Shown: piece after piece, positions 29,367-40,131 of the stretch | Numbering within the stretch: position 1 is the stretch's first letter | Layout: the number at the start of each line of letters is the position of its first letter | From: Thermodesulfobacteriota bacterium | Lineage (GTDB): Bacteria; Desulfobacterota; Desulfobacteria; Desulfobacterales; C00003060 | Direction of reading: 5' to 3' | NCBI GenBank assembly: GCA_034189385.1 | Contig: JAXHVD010000012.1 | Coordinates: 80,657-144,656 of the forward strand | Length of the DNA stretch: 64,000 bases | Position numbers and translations under genes: made by a program | The notes under the pieces: generated by a model | The model's database searches: none | Seen by the model: only the letters and a program-made list of their open reading frames with translations | Told to the model about the DNA's origin: nothing

Positions 29367-30053
29367 TCTCTGCGCTCAACAGTTATGTATAGTCCAATGG
29401 ATCGCCAAGGGTGAACAGGCGGAATCTGTAAAAGGCATAAACATGTCGTCGTCATCCTCTATACCGCCAAGACTCGTATCGTGGTCTGGGATACTTCTGA
29501 CCTGCCAGTTTCTGGGGCCAATGGCTTCCCTGATGACCTTCGTCGTTCCTGCTAAATTGGAGCCTGGGACTAGGAGACGAGGTTGCAATGGCCATCTTAC
29601 GGAGAGGTATTTCGCTCTCAAATATTAGGCGCCCAATGGATTTTTTGCAGTCACACTGCTGTCAGACACTTGTCAAAGATTTGTGACGCCGAGAATGTAA
29701 ACATGTGCTCATTTGTCCGTTTCCAAACAGAATAACTGTTTCTCACAAGAAAGCCTCCAGTCGATCCGTTCCAGACCAGTACTCTTTCAGGGTCATACAA
29801 ACCTTATAATTGCTCATGCTACCCACTGTTTCATTGGTCACTGCCTTTTGATAATTGATGTATCTACCTTTCCCATCGATGGGTCGAATTGAGTACATGC
29901 TTTTGCCTATCTGCCATCATTGCATCTGTGTCAAGAACCGGTCCTCATAGTGACACCGATCGGTGCGTTTGCGAAGATGGGGTGTGTTTCATAATTGCGC
30001 CCCAATACAATGACTCCTGTTCACGAAATACGCCACCAAACGAAGCGGCAAAC

Positions 30054-31523
30054 ATGATGATGGATTGCGGGCCCTCAATTGAAATTCCTATGGTCAGTGT
30101 TATTATCGTTACCTGGAACAAGGAAAAGGATGTCACGCGATTACTTGAGCAGCTAAGGCATATAGACTATCCGGAAAACAAGTATGAGATAACAGTTGTG
30201 GACAACAATTCTTCAGACAATACTGCACAGTCCATAGAATCTAGATTCCCTTCGGTGCACCTTCTAAGGAATCAAGAAAACCTGGGCGGTGCCGGCGGCT
30301 TCAATACGGGAATGCAGTGGGTCCTGGAGAATCGTCCTGGATCCAAGTACATGTGGCTCTTGGACAATGATGTTCTGGTGGAAAGAAACGCATTAAAAGA
30401 ACTCGTGAATGTCATGGAGAGTCGTCCTGATGCCGGCATTTGCGGCTCAAGGATCATGAATACTGACGACCGCTCAGAGATTTTAGAAATCGGCGCATTC
30501 ATCGACTACCGTATCGGCGAATCCATTAGAAATGTTCCGAAGAAGAACCGCCTTAGGGACAAAGATGTCCTATTCGAAGTGGATTACGTATCTGCCTGTT
30601 CCCTTCTGGCCAGGACCGAGCTCGTTAGGAAATTGGGACTATTCAACGATAGTCTATTTGTGTACTGGGATGATAAAGAGTGGGGAGTGCGTTTTAATGC
30701 TTCTGGTTGCATGGTCCTCGCCTCCAACGCCTCAGTTGTATATCATCCCGACTGGACCGAGGGCCGCATGGCTGACAATTCTAAGATATGGCGGACATAT
30801 TATGGGATCCGCAACTGCTTGTGGTTTTTCAATAACTATGTGTCTGGGATCAAGAGACGGCTCCTTTTGGTCAAGATTGTTGTTCATTCTATGAAGTCCG
30901 CCCTGCAGTGCTGCCTCAACGCCCGTTTAACCCTCTCTAAGGCCATTGTTGGAGCAGTAGAAGATTTCTTCAAAGACAGTTATGGGGGAAAAAGATTCCA
31001 GATGCCACCTGACGATATGGACACGCATTTCAGGGACCATAGGGTCAAAGGGGCTTGTGTTTTTTTCTCCGATGCTAGGACGTCGAAAGATGTTGAAGAA
31101 TTTGTGGGTGATTTGATGGGCAAGTATTCAGACATGACAATCTACTCCATCGTTCCAGAAGAGGTCTGGAATACCTGGGCAGATCTATCGGGCAAGGAGA
31201 GTGTTCTAGCTTATAGAAGACCTAGAGAAGGAACGATCTCGTGGACAGACAGACTTAGAATTATGCACTTTCTTTGGAGGAAACCTTGGAGTCTTTTGCT
31301 GACACCTCCCCGTTCTTTCACGGTGGCAGGTATAGGTAGTAGGCATGTGGCTGTTGTGGATTTTGAAAAGGGCACGACTATTTCAATTGAAAAAGTGAGT
31401 TTCCTTGACTTGGTTTGCATTCCTTTCAAAACGCTGTTTTTTCTGATACGGGCTTGGATTTTTCCACCAGAAACCAATATGCCCTCCCACCTGTCCATCG
31501 TGTCAAAGGGGGATTGCACATGA
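30054..31523 (+). CDS. Glycosyltransferase family 2 with C-terminal extension
   Basis: Motifs IIVTWN, VDNNSSD, NLGGAGGFN, WLLDND, FVYWDDKEWG. Start is uncertain; the track extends it to 29889. Confidence 0.86.
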   Translation: MMMDCGPSIEIPMVSVIIVTWNKEKDVTRLLEQLRHIDYPENKYEITVVDNNSSDNTAQSIESRFPSVHLLRNQENLGGAGGFNTGMQWVLENRPGSKYMWLLDNDVLVERNALKELVNVMESRPDAGICGSRIMNTDDRSEILEIGAFIDYRIGESIRNVPKKNRLRDKDVLFEVDYVSACSLLARTELVRKLGLFNDSLFVYWDDKEWGVRFNASGCMVLASNASVVYHPDWTEGRMADNSKIWRTYYGIRNCLWFFNNYVSGIKRRLLLVKIVVHSMKSALQCCLNARLTLSKAIVGAVEDFFKDSYGGKRFQMPPDDMDTHFRDHRVKGACVFFSDARTSKDVEEFVGDLMGKYSDMTIYSIVPEEVWNTWADLSGKESVLAYRRPREGTISWTDRLRIMHFLWRKPWSLLLTPPRSFTVAGIGSRHVAVVDFEKGTTISIEKVSFLDLVCIPFKTLFFLIRAWIFPPETNMPSHLSIVSKGDCT

Positions 31524-31582
31524 TGGCTCTAGATTCGGTGGCTGGGCAATAGTTCTAAATTGTTTTCCAAAAGACCTGTACC

Positions 31583-32824
31583 GTGGGCATGACGCACAAT
31601 ACCTCCAATTCCCAGCTTGACATAGGCCCTCCATTAGATGGTCACTATGTCCGTGGGAGAGTTTCTGTAATTATTCCCACTTTCAATTATGGGAATTTTC
31701 TTCTTGATGCTGTCCAAAGCGCCTTTAGGCAACGGGTGAGGGACTTGGAAATAATCGTAGTTGATGATGGATCTACAGACCAAACTCCCGAGATATTGGG
31801 TCCCTATAGGAAGAGGCTCAAATACATCTACCAGAAGAACGCTGGATTATCGGCAGCCAGGAATACCGGTATGGCACACAGCACTGGTGAATTCATCCTG
31901 TTCCTTGATGCTGATGATGTTCTTGGTCCAAACTCAATAGCCTTGCACTTACGACACCTTGATCGCCATCCTGACATCTATATCGTGGTCTGTCGAAGCA
32001 GGTTTTTTAAAGACACTACATCCAGCGGACACCCCATTTGTTATGATTCACGGAAAATTCCTCAGGGAAATCTTGATCTTCACATCTGTTATTCCAATAT
32101 TGCCCCACCCCATGCATTTCTGTGCCGACGACAGGCAATCACTGAAACAGGCTGGTTTGATACCCAGCTTAAGGCCTGCGAAGATTATGATTTCTGGCTC
32201 CGCGCTGCAGTAAAGGGTTTTGTCCCACACTGTAACCCTTTGCCCTTGGTATACTACAGGCGCCATGAAAAGAGTATGTCAGCCGACAGGCTCAACCAAT
32301 ATTGTCACGATGCTATTCTACACAAAAGGCTGTCGGCCTTACTTCATCAATTTCCTGAATATCCTTCAGGCAGGCGGTTAGAAGGGCTTATGGCCTTTTC
32401 CGCAGGGGCACTTCTCACTGCGGCACGCCTGTATGCTCATCAGGTGGAAGGGACCCAAGATTTGTTGGAGGTCGTATTCAAGGTAACACAGGAGGCGCGG
32501 GAAAGGGCTCTTTCTGGAAAGAGTGATTGGAACATCTTTATGAAGCTATATTGTTTTAAAATATTCTCATTCCTGGTCCTTCCTTGCTTTAGTGACTTCA
32601 GCATCGCTGGCCCCATACGTTCTAATCTTAAGGACGTCCTTGCAGCCGTGAAGGCTCCCCCATCAAGGATAGATCTTCTGGCTGACGCATTCAGATCCTC
32701 CCTATCAGGACCACACCGATATCTTTGGGAAAGATGGCAACTAGCAAAACTTTCCATCAAGTACCTGAGGAATCGCTTCCTACCGTTTGGAAGGTTTTTG
32801 AAAGTCTGTGAGCCTGTAAGCTAG
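31583..32824 (+). CDS. Glycosyltransferase family 2
   Basis: Motifs IIPTFN, VDDGSTD, GLSAARNTG, FLDADD, EDYDFWLR. Confidence 0.9.
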   Translation: MGMTHNTSNSQLDIGPPLDGHYVRGRVSVIIPTFNYGNFLLDAVQSAFRQRVRDLEIIVVDDGSTDQTPEILGPYRKRLKYIYQKNAGLSAARNTGMAHSTGEFILFLDADDVLGPNSIALHLRHLDRHPDIYIVVCRSRFFKDTTSSGHPICYDSRKIPQGNLDLHICYSNIAPPHAFLCRRQAITETGWFDTQLKACEDYDFWLRAAVKGFVPHCNPLPLVYYRRHEKSMSADRLNQYCHDAILHKRLSALLHQFPEYPSGRRLEGLMAFSAGALLTAARLYAHQVEGTQDLLEVVFKVTQEARERALSGKSDWNIFMKLYCFKIFSFLVLPCFSDFSIAGPIRSNLKDVLAAVKAPPSRIDLLADAFRSSLSGPHRYLWERWQLAKLSIKYLRNRFLPFGRFLKVCEPVS

Positions 32825-32887
32825 GAGTTTATGTTGCGCTAAAGGCCTCATTTCTAAAAATTTCAGCTTGTTGTTATTGGATCTCAT

Positions 32888-34222
32888 ATGAAAAAGCCCA
32901 CGTTCATACTCGGTGCTGGCATGACCGGTCTGGGGGCAGGTTTTGCCTCAGGTCTGCCGATCCTGGAGGCCGCAGACTCGCCAGGTGGTATTTGCTCCTC
33001 CTATTATCTTCGGGCAGGGAAGCAAGAACGCCATATGCAATCTCCATCTGACGGAGAGGCGTATCGCTTTGAAATTGGAGGCGGCCACTGGATTTTCGGC
33101 GGGGATCCCGCAGTCCTACATTTCATGGGAAGGTTTGTGAAGCTGAACAGGTATGCAAGGCAATCGTCTGTCTATTTTCATACAAAAGGAAAATACGTCC
33201 CTTATCCAATCCAGAATCATCTTGGCTTTCTGGGTGGAGAAACTGCAGAGCGTGCCCTGGCAGAGATGGCCGAACGGTTGGGCTCATGCCGCACGATGAA
33301 GCAATGGCTGGTCAAGAATTTCGGTCACACACTTTGCAGCCTTTTCTTCTATCCATTTAATGGGTCGTATACAGCCGGCTTGTATGACCGTATCGCCCCA
33401 CAGGATGCTTATAAATCACCCGTCAATTTAGCCTTGGCCATTCAAGGCGCCGCGGCCAACACCCCGCCAACGGGGTATAACGCTACATTTGTCTATCCTC
33501 AAGAAGCCTTAAACATCCTTGCCCAGCGACTCGCAAATCGGTGTGACGTGCAATACGGTAAACGGGTCGCAAAGCTTGATGTGCATGGCCATACACTTTA
33601 CTTTGATGACGGCACCACCCTTCTCTATGAAAACTTGATCTCCACGTTGCCGCTTAATAAGGTCATGGAAATCTCCGGTGTTTCCGTCGGAATGGAACCA
33701 GATCCCTATACCTCAGTGCTTGTACTAAACATCGGGGCTTTCCGCGGCGACCAGTGCCCGAGTGATCACTGGCTTTATACCCCTGACACAACGTCTGCCT
33801 TTCACAGAGTGGGCTTTTATAGCAATGTTGATCCATCATTCTTGCCTCTTTCTGCCCGTGGGACCAATGATAGGGTTAGCATCTATGTTGAAAGGGCCTA
33901 TGGCGGAGGGGAAAAACCATCAGACCGTGAGATAACCAGATATGCCAAGAAAGTGGTAGATGAATTGCAGGACTGGGGCTTTGTCCGTGACGCCGAGGTT
34001 GTGGACCCTACATGGATCGATGTTGCATACACCTGGTCATGGCCAGGATCAGATTGGAAAAAAATAGCACTAGAGACGCTTCAGAAACACGGCATCTATC
34101 AGGTTGGGCGCTACGGTCGTTGGGTCTTCCAGGGAATAGCAGACTCTATCCGTGACGGCCTACTTGTGGGATCGGCCTTTAAAGGTAATCCTGAAATGGC
34201 CAAGAGCCATCCGTTTGGTTAA
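32888..34222 (+). CDS. FAD-dependent oxidoreductase, protoporphyrinogen oxidase-like / UDP-galactopyranose mutase-like
   Basis: Motifs ILGAGMTGL, PGGICSS, GGGHWIF, PYPIQ, ISTLPL, GRYGRW; it sits among GlfT-like transferases. Confidence 0.75.
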   Translation: MKKPTFILGAGMTGLGAGFASGLPILEAADSPGGICSSYYLRAGKQERHMQSPSDGEAYRFEIGGGHWIFGGDPAVLHFMGRFVKLNRYARQSSVYFHTKGKYVPYPIQNHLGFLGGETAERALAEMAERLGSCRTMKQWLVKNFGHTLCSLFFYPFNGSYTAGLYDRIAPQDAYKSPVNLALAIQGAAANTPPTGYNATFVYPQEALNILAQRLANRCDVQYGKRVAKLDVHGHTLYFDDGTTLLYENLISTLPLNKVMEISGVSVGMEPDPYTSVLVLNIGAFRGDQCPSDHWLYTPDTTSAFHRVGFYSNVDPSFLPLSARGTNDRVSIYVERAYGGGEKPSDREITRYAKKVVDELQDWGFVRDAEVVDPTWIDVAYTWSWPGSDWKKIALETLQKHGIYQVGRYGRWVFQGIADSIRDGLLVGSAFKGNPEMAKSHPFG

Positions 34223-34392
34223 GCTTGCCCAACGCGCGAATTGGAGGGAAGTCAAGCTCCCTGCCCTCTCTTGCTTGTTATCTTCAGGACTCTTCCCCCA
34301 ACCCTCATTCTGCTCCCTTAACGGGTGGAGCATCACTAAGGATGCCGTTGATCCTCACCCTTTTGGCCTGAACATTTTTGATGTGATTAAAT

Positions 34393-35316
34393 ATGTTGAA
34401 AAGATCCGGCATAGCCACCATCGTAGTCACACATAGCCGCAAGGAGTTGTTAGGCAAGTGCATGGCGGCCCTTTTGAACCAGACTCACCCCTGTGACATA
34501 ATCGTCGTGGATAATGCCTCGACAGACGGCACAGGGGCCTACCTTCACGACAAAGGTTTCGTCCCTCATGACCGGATACACTATGTTCGTCTCGACGAAA
34601 ATCTGGGCGGTGCCGGTGGATTTTATCACGGCGTCAAGTATGCCATGTCCTATGATTGGAACTGGTTCTGGCTCATGGACGATGATGCGCTCCCGCATCC
34701 CTCGGCATTAGAAAACCTTGTTCTCCACGCTAAGGACTCTCATACGGTATACGGTTCTGTTGCCATGGGCATGAAGAACGGCACGAAAAGATTATGCTGG
34801 ACGAAAAAGGTAATTGATAACGGTAGGCTCAAATCCATTAATGATTATGAAGGGCTGCACGATGTTCAAGAGGTACAAAATGTTGCCTTTCTCGGTTTCT
34901 TTATTCATCGTGATTTGGTTCAGCTAATCGGCCTCCCTGATCCAACTTATTTCATCTGCAGAGATGATTACGAATACTGTGAGAGGGCAAAAAAGAGTGG
35001 GGCAAAATTCATTTTGGTGAAAAAGAGCGTCATTAGTCATCCTGTTAAAGGAATCTCCCGATTTCGTTTTCTAGGCATGGACATTTGGTACCGAAACATG
35101 CCCCCATGGAAAACCTATTACGATATTCGCAATAGGATCCTTCTTGTAAAAGCCCACGATCCGACCTTGTTGTGGCGGAGAACCATCCCTGGCATGCTGC
35201 TGCAATCCCTTTGCAATGTCTTCACAGAGAAAGACAGACCGTTCTTATTGTATGCTTATGCTATAGGCATTCTGGATGGACTTCGAAACAGGAGGGGCCA
35301 GAGATTTCTGCCCTAA
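34393..35316 (+). CDS. GlfT1-like glycosyltransferase family 2
   Basis: Motifs VDNASTDGT, ENLGGAGGF, WLMDDDA, DDYEYCER, YYDIRN. Confidence 0.86.
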   Translation: MLKRSGIATIVVTHSRKELLGKCMAALLNQTHPCDIIVVDNASTDGTGAYLHDKGFVPHDRIHYVRLDENLGGAGGFYHGVKYAMSYDWNWFWLMDDDALPHPSALENLVLHAKDSHTVYGSVAMGMKNGTKRLCWTKKVIDNGRLKSINDYEGLHDVQEVQNVAFLGFFIHRDLVQLIGLPDPTYFICRDDYEYCERAKKSGAKFILVKKSVISHPVKGISRFRFLGMDIWYRNMPPWKTYYDIRNRILLVKAHDPTLLWRRTIPGMLLQSLCNVFTEKDRPFLLYAYAIGILDGLRNRRGQRFLP

Positions 35317-35320
35317 CAAA

Positions 35321-36535
35321 ATGAACGCCGTCATGCCTGTTATCGAATACCTTTACTATATTACAATACCTGTGCGAATGCGGCTCTGGTATGCGGCCGC
35401 GCGAATTTGTTGGCGCATTTTTGATATTCGCAGGCGCAACATAACCAACCCTGCAAAGGATGGTACCCGACGTCTCCTATTCGTTGCCAAGTACCCTTTA
35501 TCCCTCTTTTTCGTATGTCACCAGCTTGAATTGCTGAAAGACGATCCAAATCTCACATTCTACATCACCTCGCCAAGGAAGACACGGAACATGTGCCGCC
35601 GCGAGATTGATAGAGTGGGTGTTGAGGTGCGTTACCTTAATCTGTGGGATGCGATTACGTCCGACTGGGACTTGATCAGTTTTCCTCATCATTGTCTTGG
35701 AGCACTGTTTCACCCATCCATCCCCAAGCTGTTCACGGCCCATGGTCTTGAGAATGGCAAGAAGATTCTAAGAGACACTGCTTATACCTATAGCTGGAAG
35801 GCCATATTAAAGGATCACCAAAGCTACTACACAAGATTTCTTGCAACCAGCCCGAATGAATTTGACATTGCAAGTTCTGACAAGCACGGCAGGGCATTTA
35901 CGAACAAAATCACCGTAACCAGCCAAGCCCTGGCGCTAAAACTCCTTGAAGAAAATCGACACAGAGAAGAACTCCGATCAGATTTGGGGCTTCAGGCGAA
36001 TGAGCGCAAAGCCGTACTCATCATGTCCACGTGGGGATCAGACTCCCTTCTGCGCACCATGGGACCGACCATTGCCGATGAAGCCTTAAGGCTGAACAAC
36101 AAATACCGCTTTTTCGTCTTCGCCCACGCTCACAATTTCCAGCACAAGAAAGCGTTGACTATCCTGAATGCAATAAAGGCTAAAGGGATGGAAGTCATAG
36201 CGCCTGGTCCGTCATCTTGGATCCCTTACGCTGTGGCGGCTGATGTTGCTATTAGCGATAAAACATCACTGTCACTCTATTTCTCTCTCCTACACAAGCC
36301 AATAATCTTCACTGAGATTAGAGAGGCCGAATTCGTCGAGGGGAGTCCTTTCATGAAATTGTACAATGGGTCACCAAAACTTGCACACCTTGATCATTTG
36401 GAGAGCCAGATTGAGACATGTCTCCAATCGGATTATTCCAGTCGAGTAAAGGCCTTTGCCGAGAAGACATTTCCGAGAATCACCCAAAAGGATCACCTGA
36501 AATCAGCCATATATGGATGTATCAAACATAGATAA
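35321..36535 (+). CDS. CDP-glycerol glycerophosphotransferase-like (TagF/TagB fold) protein
   Basis: FTAHG, LIMSTW, FAH, ADVAISDKTSLSLYFSLLHKPII resemble TagF-family motifs. Confidence 0.65.
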   Translation: MNAVMPVIEYLYYITIPVRMRLWYAAARICWRIFDIRRRNITNPAKDGTRRLLFVAKYPLSLFFVCHQLELLKDDPNLTFYITSPRKTRNMCRREIDRVGVEVRYLNLWDAITSDWDLISFPHHCLGALFHPSIPKLFTAHGLENGKKILRDTAYTYSWKAILKDHQSYYTRFLATSPNEFDIASSDKHGRAFTNKITVTSQALALKLLEENRHREELRSDLGLQANERKAVLIMSTWGSDSLLRTMGPTIADEALRLNNKYRFFVFAHAHNFQHKKALTILNAIKAKGMEVIAPGPSSWIPYAVAADVAISDKTSLSLYFSLLHKPIIFTEIREAEFVEGSPFMKLYNGSPKLAHLDHLESQIETCLQSDYSSRVKAFAEKTFPRITQKDHLKSAIYGCIKHR

Positions 36536-36560
36536 CCAGGCCATTTGTCGGACATACGGG

Positions 36561-36782
36561 CAGAGCTTTGCATAACTCTTTCGAACGGTCATTGTGAGCT
36601 ATTTGGGGCACCCATTCGGCTGCTGTGAGCGGCCCACGCTAGTGGGTAAATCGTGAACTGTTTGAGGCCCTTGGGCCGAGTATGAGCGCAAGCTTCACTT
36701 CGTGTCGCGATTTGGCGAACAAGGCCGAAAAAGGGTCAAATAGATCACAGAATCAAGTGAGAAGAGGTTCTGCAAAGGTCTC
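36561..36782. mobile_element. MITE-like element with GAGACCTTTGCA-type terminal inverted repeats
   Basis: Left end CAGAGCTTTGCATAACTCTT; right end AAGAGGTTCTGCAAAGGTCTC. A partial homologous copy starts at 38766. Confidence 0.62.
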
Positions 36783-36821
36783 ACGGGTAGGGTCAAGGGT
36801 CTTATCTGTTTTTGGAAAGAG

Positions 36822-37715
36822 TCAATCATCAACACAGGCATATGCTGACCTGTTTGACTTTGCGACGATGAATCCCACAAGTTGAGTCACAAAGCTTGTT
36901 CCCAGCAAGAGAAATATCAAGGGAAATCTCTTGTCCGAAAAGTAGTGCTTGATAATGTTGACCGTGGACCATATTCTAAGACTAAGAAATCCCTTTTTGT
37001 CAGAGATTTTAGTTGAAAAAATGAAACTGCTTATCCCCCTATGAAATTGCCACGTCAGAAAATCTCTCAAGGAATCTCGAGCCTCATGATAGGCAACGAC
37101 GTCAGGACAGTATTTTATCCTATAACCCAACCGCCTCATTCCATAGGCCAGCAAACTGTCCTCACCCCCTGGGAAAGGGAACGTCTCATCAAAGCCTCCA
37201 ACCCTCCAAAAAATGTCTCTTCTAACGGCGCAATTACAGGAACTCAAACTGTCAGTAAAACCTTCCCGATCCACCTTCCAGATCTTATCGAAACCAATGG
37301 CCCCACCTGCCGGAAACCCCAGGGCAGATATGGAATTTCCCATACAGGTTGAAGGAAGGAGCACAACTCTCCCCATGATGGCCTCTGTCTCTTCGTGATG
37401 GAAGTGCTTCTCAATCGTTTCAAGCCACCCGGGCGTTGCTCTGCAATCACTGTCTGTAAATACTAGTATCTCCCCTTGCGCCTTTTGAGCACCCAAATTA
37501 CGGCAATAGGCAGGACCGTGGTTCTCTTTCAACGCGATAAGCCGGCAACTGTATTTTTCTATAATCGATACTGTATTGTCTCTTGAGCAGTCATCCACAA
37601 CGATGACCTCGAAGTCGCTGCAATTCTGATTCAGTAGCGAATCCAATAGGGCGGGGAGGGTCTTTTCTGCATTGTAGGCAGGGACAACAACAGACAGCTT
37701 CAAACTCATCTTCAC
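36822..37715 (-). CDS. Glycosyltransferase family 2 with C-terminal membrane segment
   Basis: Motifs VVPAYN, VDDCSRD, GPAYCRNLG, FTDSDC, GGFDE, GEDS. Confidence 0.9.
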   Translation of the reverse strand: MKMSLKLSVVVPAYNAEKTLPALLDSLLNQNCSDFEVIVVDDCSRDNTVSIIEKYSCRLIALKENHGPAYCRNLGAQKAQGEILVFTDSDCRATPGWLETIEKHFHHEETEAIMGRVVLLPSTCMGNSISALGFPAGGAIGFDKIWKVDREGFTDSLSSCNCAVRRDIFWRVGGFDETFPFPGGEDSLLAYGMRRLGYRIKYCPDVVAYHEARDSLRDFLTWQFHRGISSFIFSTKISDKKGFLSLRIWSTVNIIKHYFSDKRFPLIFLLLGTSFVTQLVGFIVAKSNRSAYACVDD

Positions 37716-37735
37716 CCTTCGACTACAACAAGTGC

Positions 37736-38614
37736 TTATTGGATGAATCTATCACCTTCACTCTTCTCAAATCTCATTTGAGAAATCTGCTCAGAGATCA
37801 ATCCCATCATGAAGACCAGCACAGAGGTGGTAAACAACAGGAGGCTCATATTCGTAAAACGGCCCTGCGAAAAAAAGGTATAGAGGTAATAACCCAAACC
37901 TAGACAAAACATGGCGAAGCTAACAGGGAGGAAGATCCTGAACGGCGAATAGAGCGTGCATATCCTAGTAATGATCAGAAAGAACCTTATGCCATCTGGC
38001 AAGATCCTTATTTTGCTTTTTCCCTTCTTTCTGTTCTCAGTCTCGATTGGGACATACCTGAGACTTCTCCCACTTCTCAGAACACACAATGTGAGGGTCG
38101 TTGGATAGGAATAAGTGTTTGGAAGGAGATGCAAATACTCACGGGCAATATCGAATTTCACCGCGCGAAAGCCAGAAGTAAGGTCTTGAACCTGGAACTT
38201 GGCCACATAGGAAGCCAGCCAGTTGTATATCCTGTTGGCAAAAGCGCGGCCCCACGATGCCTGGTTGCCCTTTGCCCTGGCGCCCACAACCATGTCATAC
38301 TCTGGGAAGCCTTTCAGAAGTCTTTCCACATCCCTTGGATCATGCTGACCATCACCGTCAATGAACACCAGAACCTCACCAGAGGCGAGTCTTATTCCAC
38401 TCTTGATGGCCGCGCCGTTGCCGATATTGTGTGGGTGGCTGTAAACGCTGGCGCCCGCATCCCGCGCCATGGCTGCCGTGTCATCCGTTGAGCCGTCGTC
38501 GATAACGAGGACCTCCACATGGGGGTACAGTTCCTTGATCTTCCTGACAAGGGCCCCTATTGCTTGACCCTCATTATATGCAGGAATTATTATTGAAACT
38601 TCAGTTTCGTCCAT
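37736..38614 (-). CDS. DPM1-like polyprenol-phosphate glycosyltransferase (GT2) with two C-terminal TM helices
   Basis: Motifs IIPAYNE, IDDGSTD, GNGAAIKSG, DGDGQHDP, DLTSGFRA. Confidence 0.9.
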   Translation of the reverse strand: MDETEVSIIIPAYNEGQAIGALVRKIKELYPHVEVLVIDDGSTDDTAAMARDAGASVYSHPHNIGNGAAIKSGIRLASGEVLVFIDGDGQHDPRDVERLLKGFPEYDMVVGARAKGNQASWGRAFANRIYNWLASYVAKFQVQDLTSGFRAVKFDIAREYLHLLPNTYSYPTTLTLCVLRSGRSLRYVPIETENRKKGKSKIRILPDGIRFFLIITRICTLYSPFRIFLPVSFAMFCLGLGYYLYTFFSQGRFTNMSLLLFTTSVLVFMMGLISEQISQMRFEKSEGDRFIQ

Positions 38615-38765
38615 CCTTCAAACATCCCCTTTTTGCCAACTTCTCCGCCCGCCAGTTATAGCCTTCTCCCCTGCTAAATCCCACACTCTAACTCAAGAAC
38701 TTTTCAGGTCCTTCTTCCCAGACAGCTTTGCAGACAGATTGGAATATCTTGCAATGCCTGCATAT

Positions 38766-38860
38766 GAGACCTTTGCATCACTCTTGAGAATGTTCATTGT
38801 GGGCTTTATGGGGTACCCAACCGGCTGCAGTGAGCGGTCCACCCTAGCGGATCGAAAATC
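38766..38860 (+). mobile_element. Partial (left-end) copy of the 36561 MITE
   Basis: GAGACCTTTGCATCACTCTT...GGGGTACCCAACCGGCTGCAGTGAGCGGTCCACCCTAG aligns with 36561-36650. Confidence 0.6.
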
Positions 38861-39036
38861 TCATACCATCAAGTGAAAAGGAGTTGCGCAAAAGTCTATG
38901 ATTCTGCTTTGATATACTCAAAACACAAAAAAATCAATCCTGATCATTCTCAAGTAACCAATCTCGAATGGACCAACCTGGAATCCCTTCTGTCTTGGGC
39001 ATGCTGAAATGGTTGCGGACACGGCGTCCTGCCTAA

Positions 39037-39235
39037 ACGGGCTGTTGCCCAAACCAAAATGCTTTCGAACGGTTCATTGAGCAGTTTTTTGCCAATACAT
39101 CTTGGCGAAGCGGAAGATCAGCGATGTCAACTGGTTGAGCCCGAAGGGCGAGTTCCGGCATCGCCTGGAGCAAGCCTTAGATGTATCAACAAACGGCTCA
39201 GAACTAAGGGAGAAGGCATTTGGGCAACAACCCGT
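39037..39235. mobile_element. MITE-like element with 17-bp terminal inverted repeats
   Basis: ACGGGCTGTTGCCCAAA ... TTTGGGCAACAACCCGT (one mismatch); no transposase inside. Confidence 0.62.
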
Positions 39236-39723
39236 AAAGACATTACCCCGCACCGGTTGGTGGGGGCAGCCAAATACCTCTCCGAATCCCCATAACCCCC
39301 ATAACACATTGGACAACAGCCATATTAAATGGATATCATTATGTTTTTTTGAAATGTCCCTTCCGGTCCATCTGCCATGACATGGTAAACACCCCTTGCC
39401 AGGTTTGGAATCCGAAGAAGACAACGAGCAGTTGTCAGGCCATTCTAATCTGGGAATCCGGACACCAATCACTTCGCATCTAAAACTTTTTCCATTTGGG
39501 TTTTTTTCGGTATTTCAATAGCGTTGTGTTGATTGGCACAGGGCTCGGCCACCCTGTAACCCCCGGCACGATCCCTCATGCACTGGGACAATCCACAACC
39601 ACAAGATGTGTGCATGCTTTTTACCTTGACACACCACCCCATTTTTCCCATACTCGGCCCCCAAAAGCGAGTTCCTATCAATTCAAAGGCTTAGAGTCAA
39701 TTCTTGCAAACCCATTGTCCCGC

Positions 39724-39930
39724 AGCCGAGCATCGCAAAATCGGACCGATCAGGCGCGCGGACTGTTTGAGCGAAGCGAGTTTGAGCGCAGAGCTTCACT
39801 TCATGTCGAGCGCCCAGTCCGTTCGAAAAGCACAGGGTAGTCCAGAGGACTAAGGGACAGGGGCCCTTTTTTTGGGGTTCGTTCTTTGGGCGAGCAACGT
39901 GCTCTTCTCAAGGCGCAAGCCGCAAAATGA
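39724..39930 (+). repeat. Structured extragenic repeat (CCGAGCATCGCA...CTGTTTGAGCGAAGCGAGTT...TCTTTGGGCGAGCAA type)
   Basis: Shares the CTGTTTGAG-hairpin-GAGT core and a short module with the 36561 element. The family resemblance is from recollection of proteobacterial intergenic repeats. Confidence 0.45.
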
Positions 39931-40131
39931 AGCATCAATATTTGCCGGATCGGTAGAACCTCTCCGGGTCCTGCACTAGAGGTGGAGGGTGTAGGATATA
40001 AGTAAAGAAATCGCGATTTCAAAAGCATTTTTCAGGCAGAGCCTAATGACCCTGACCTGGCCCAGAGGACCAGGGTTTCTAAGCCGTACGAAAGGAAATC
40101 TTTTCCAAAGGCGATGATTCTTAGGAACTGC

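Noticed and set aside
29376..29889. Short ORFs or a possible relic between two GT genes
   Set aside because: No motif recognised in the frames read.
39059..39840. ORFs of 60-132 aa
   Set aside because: They overlap MITE-like repeats or non-coding sequence and have no protein-like features.
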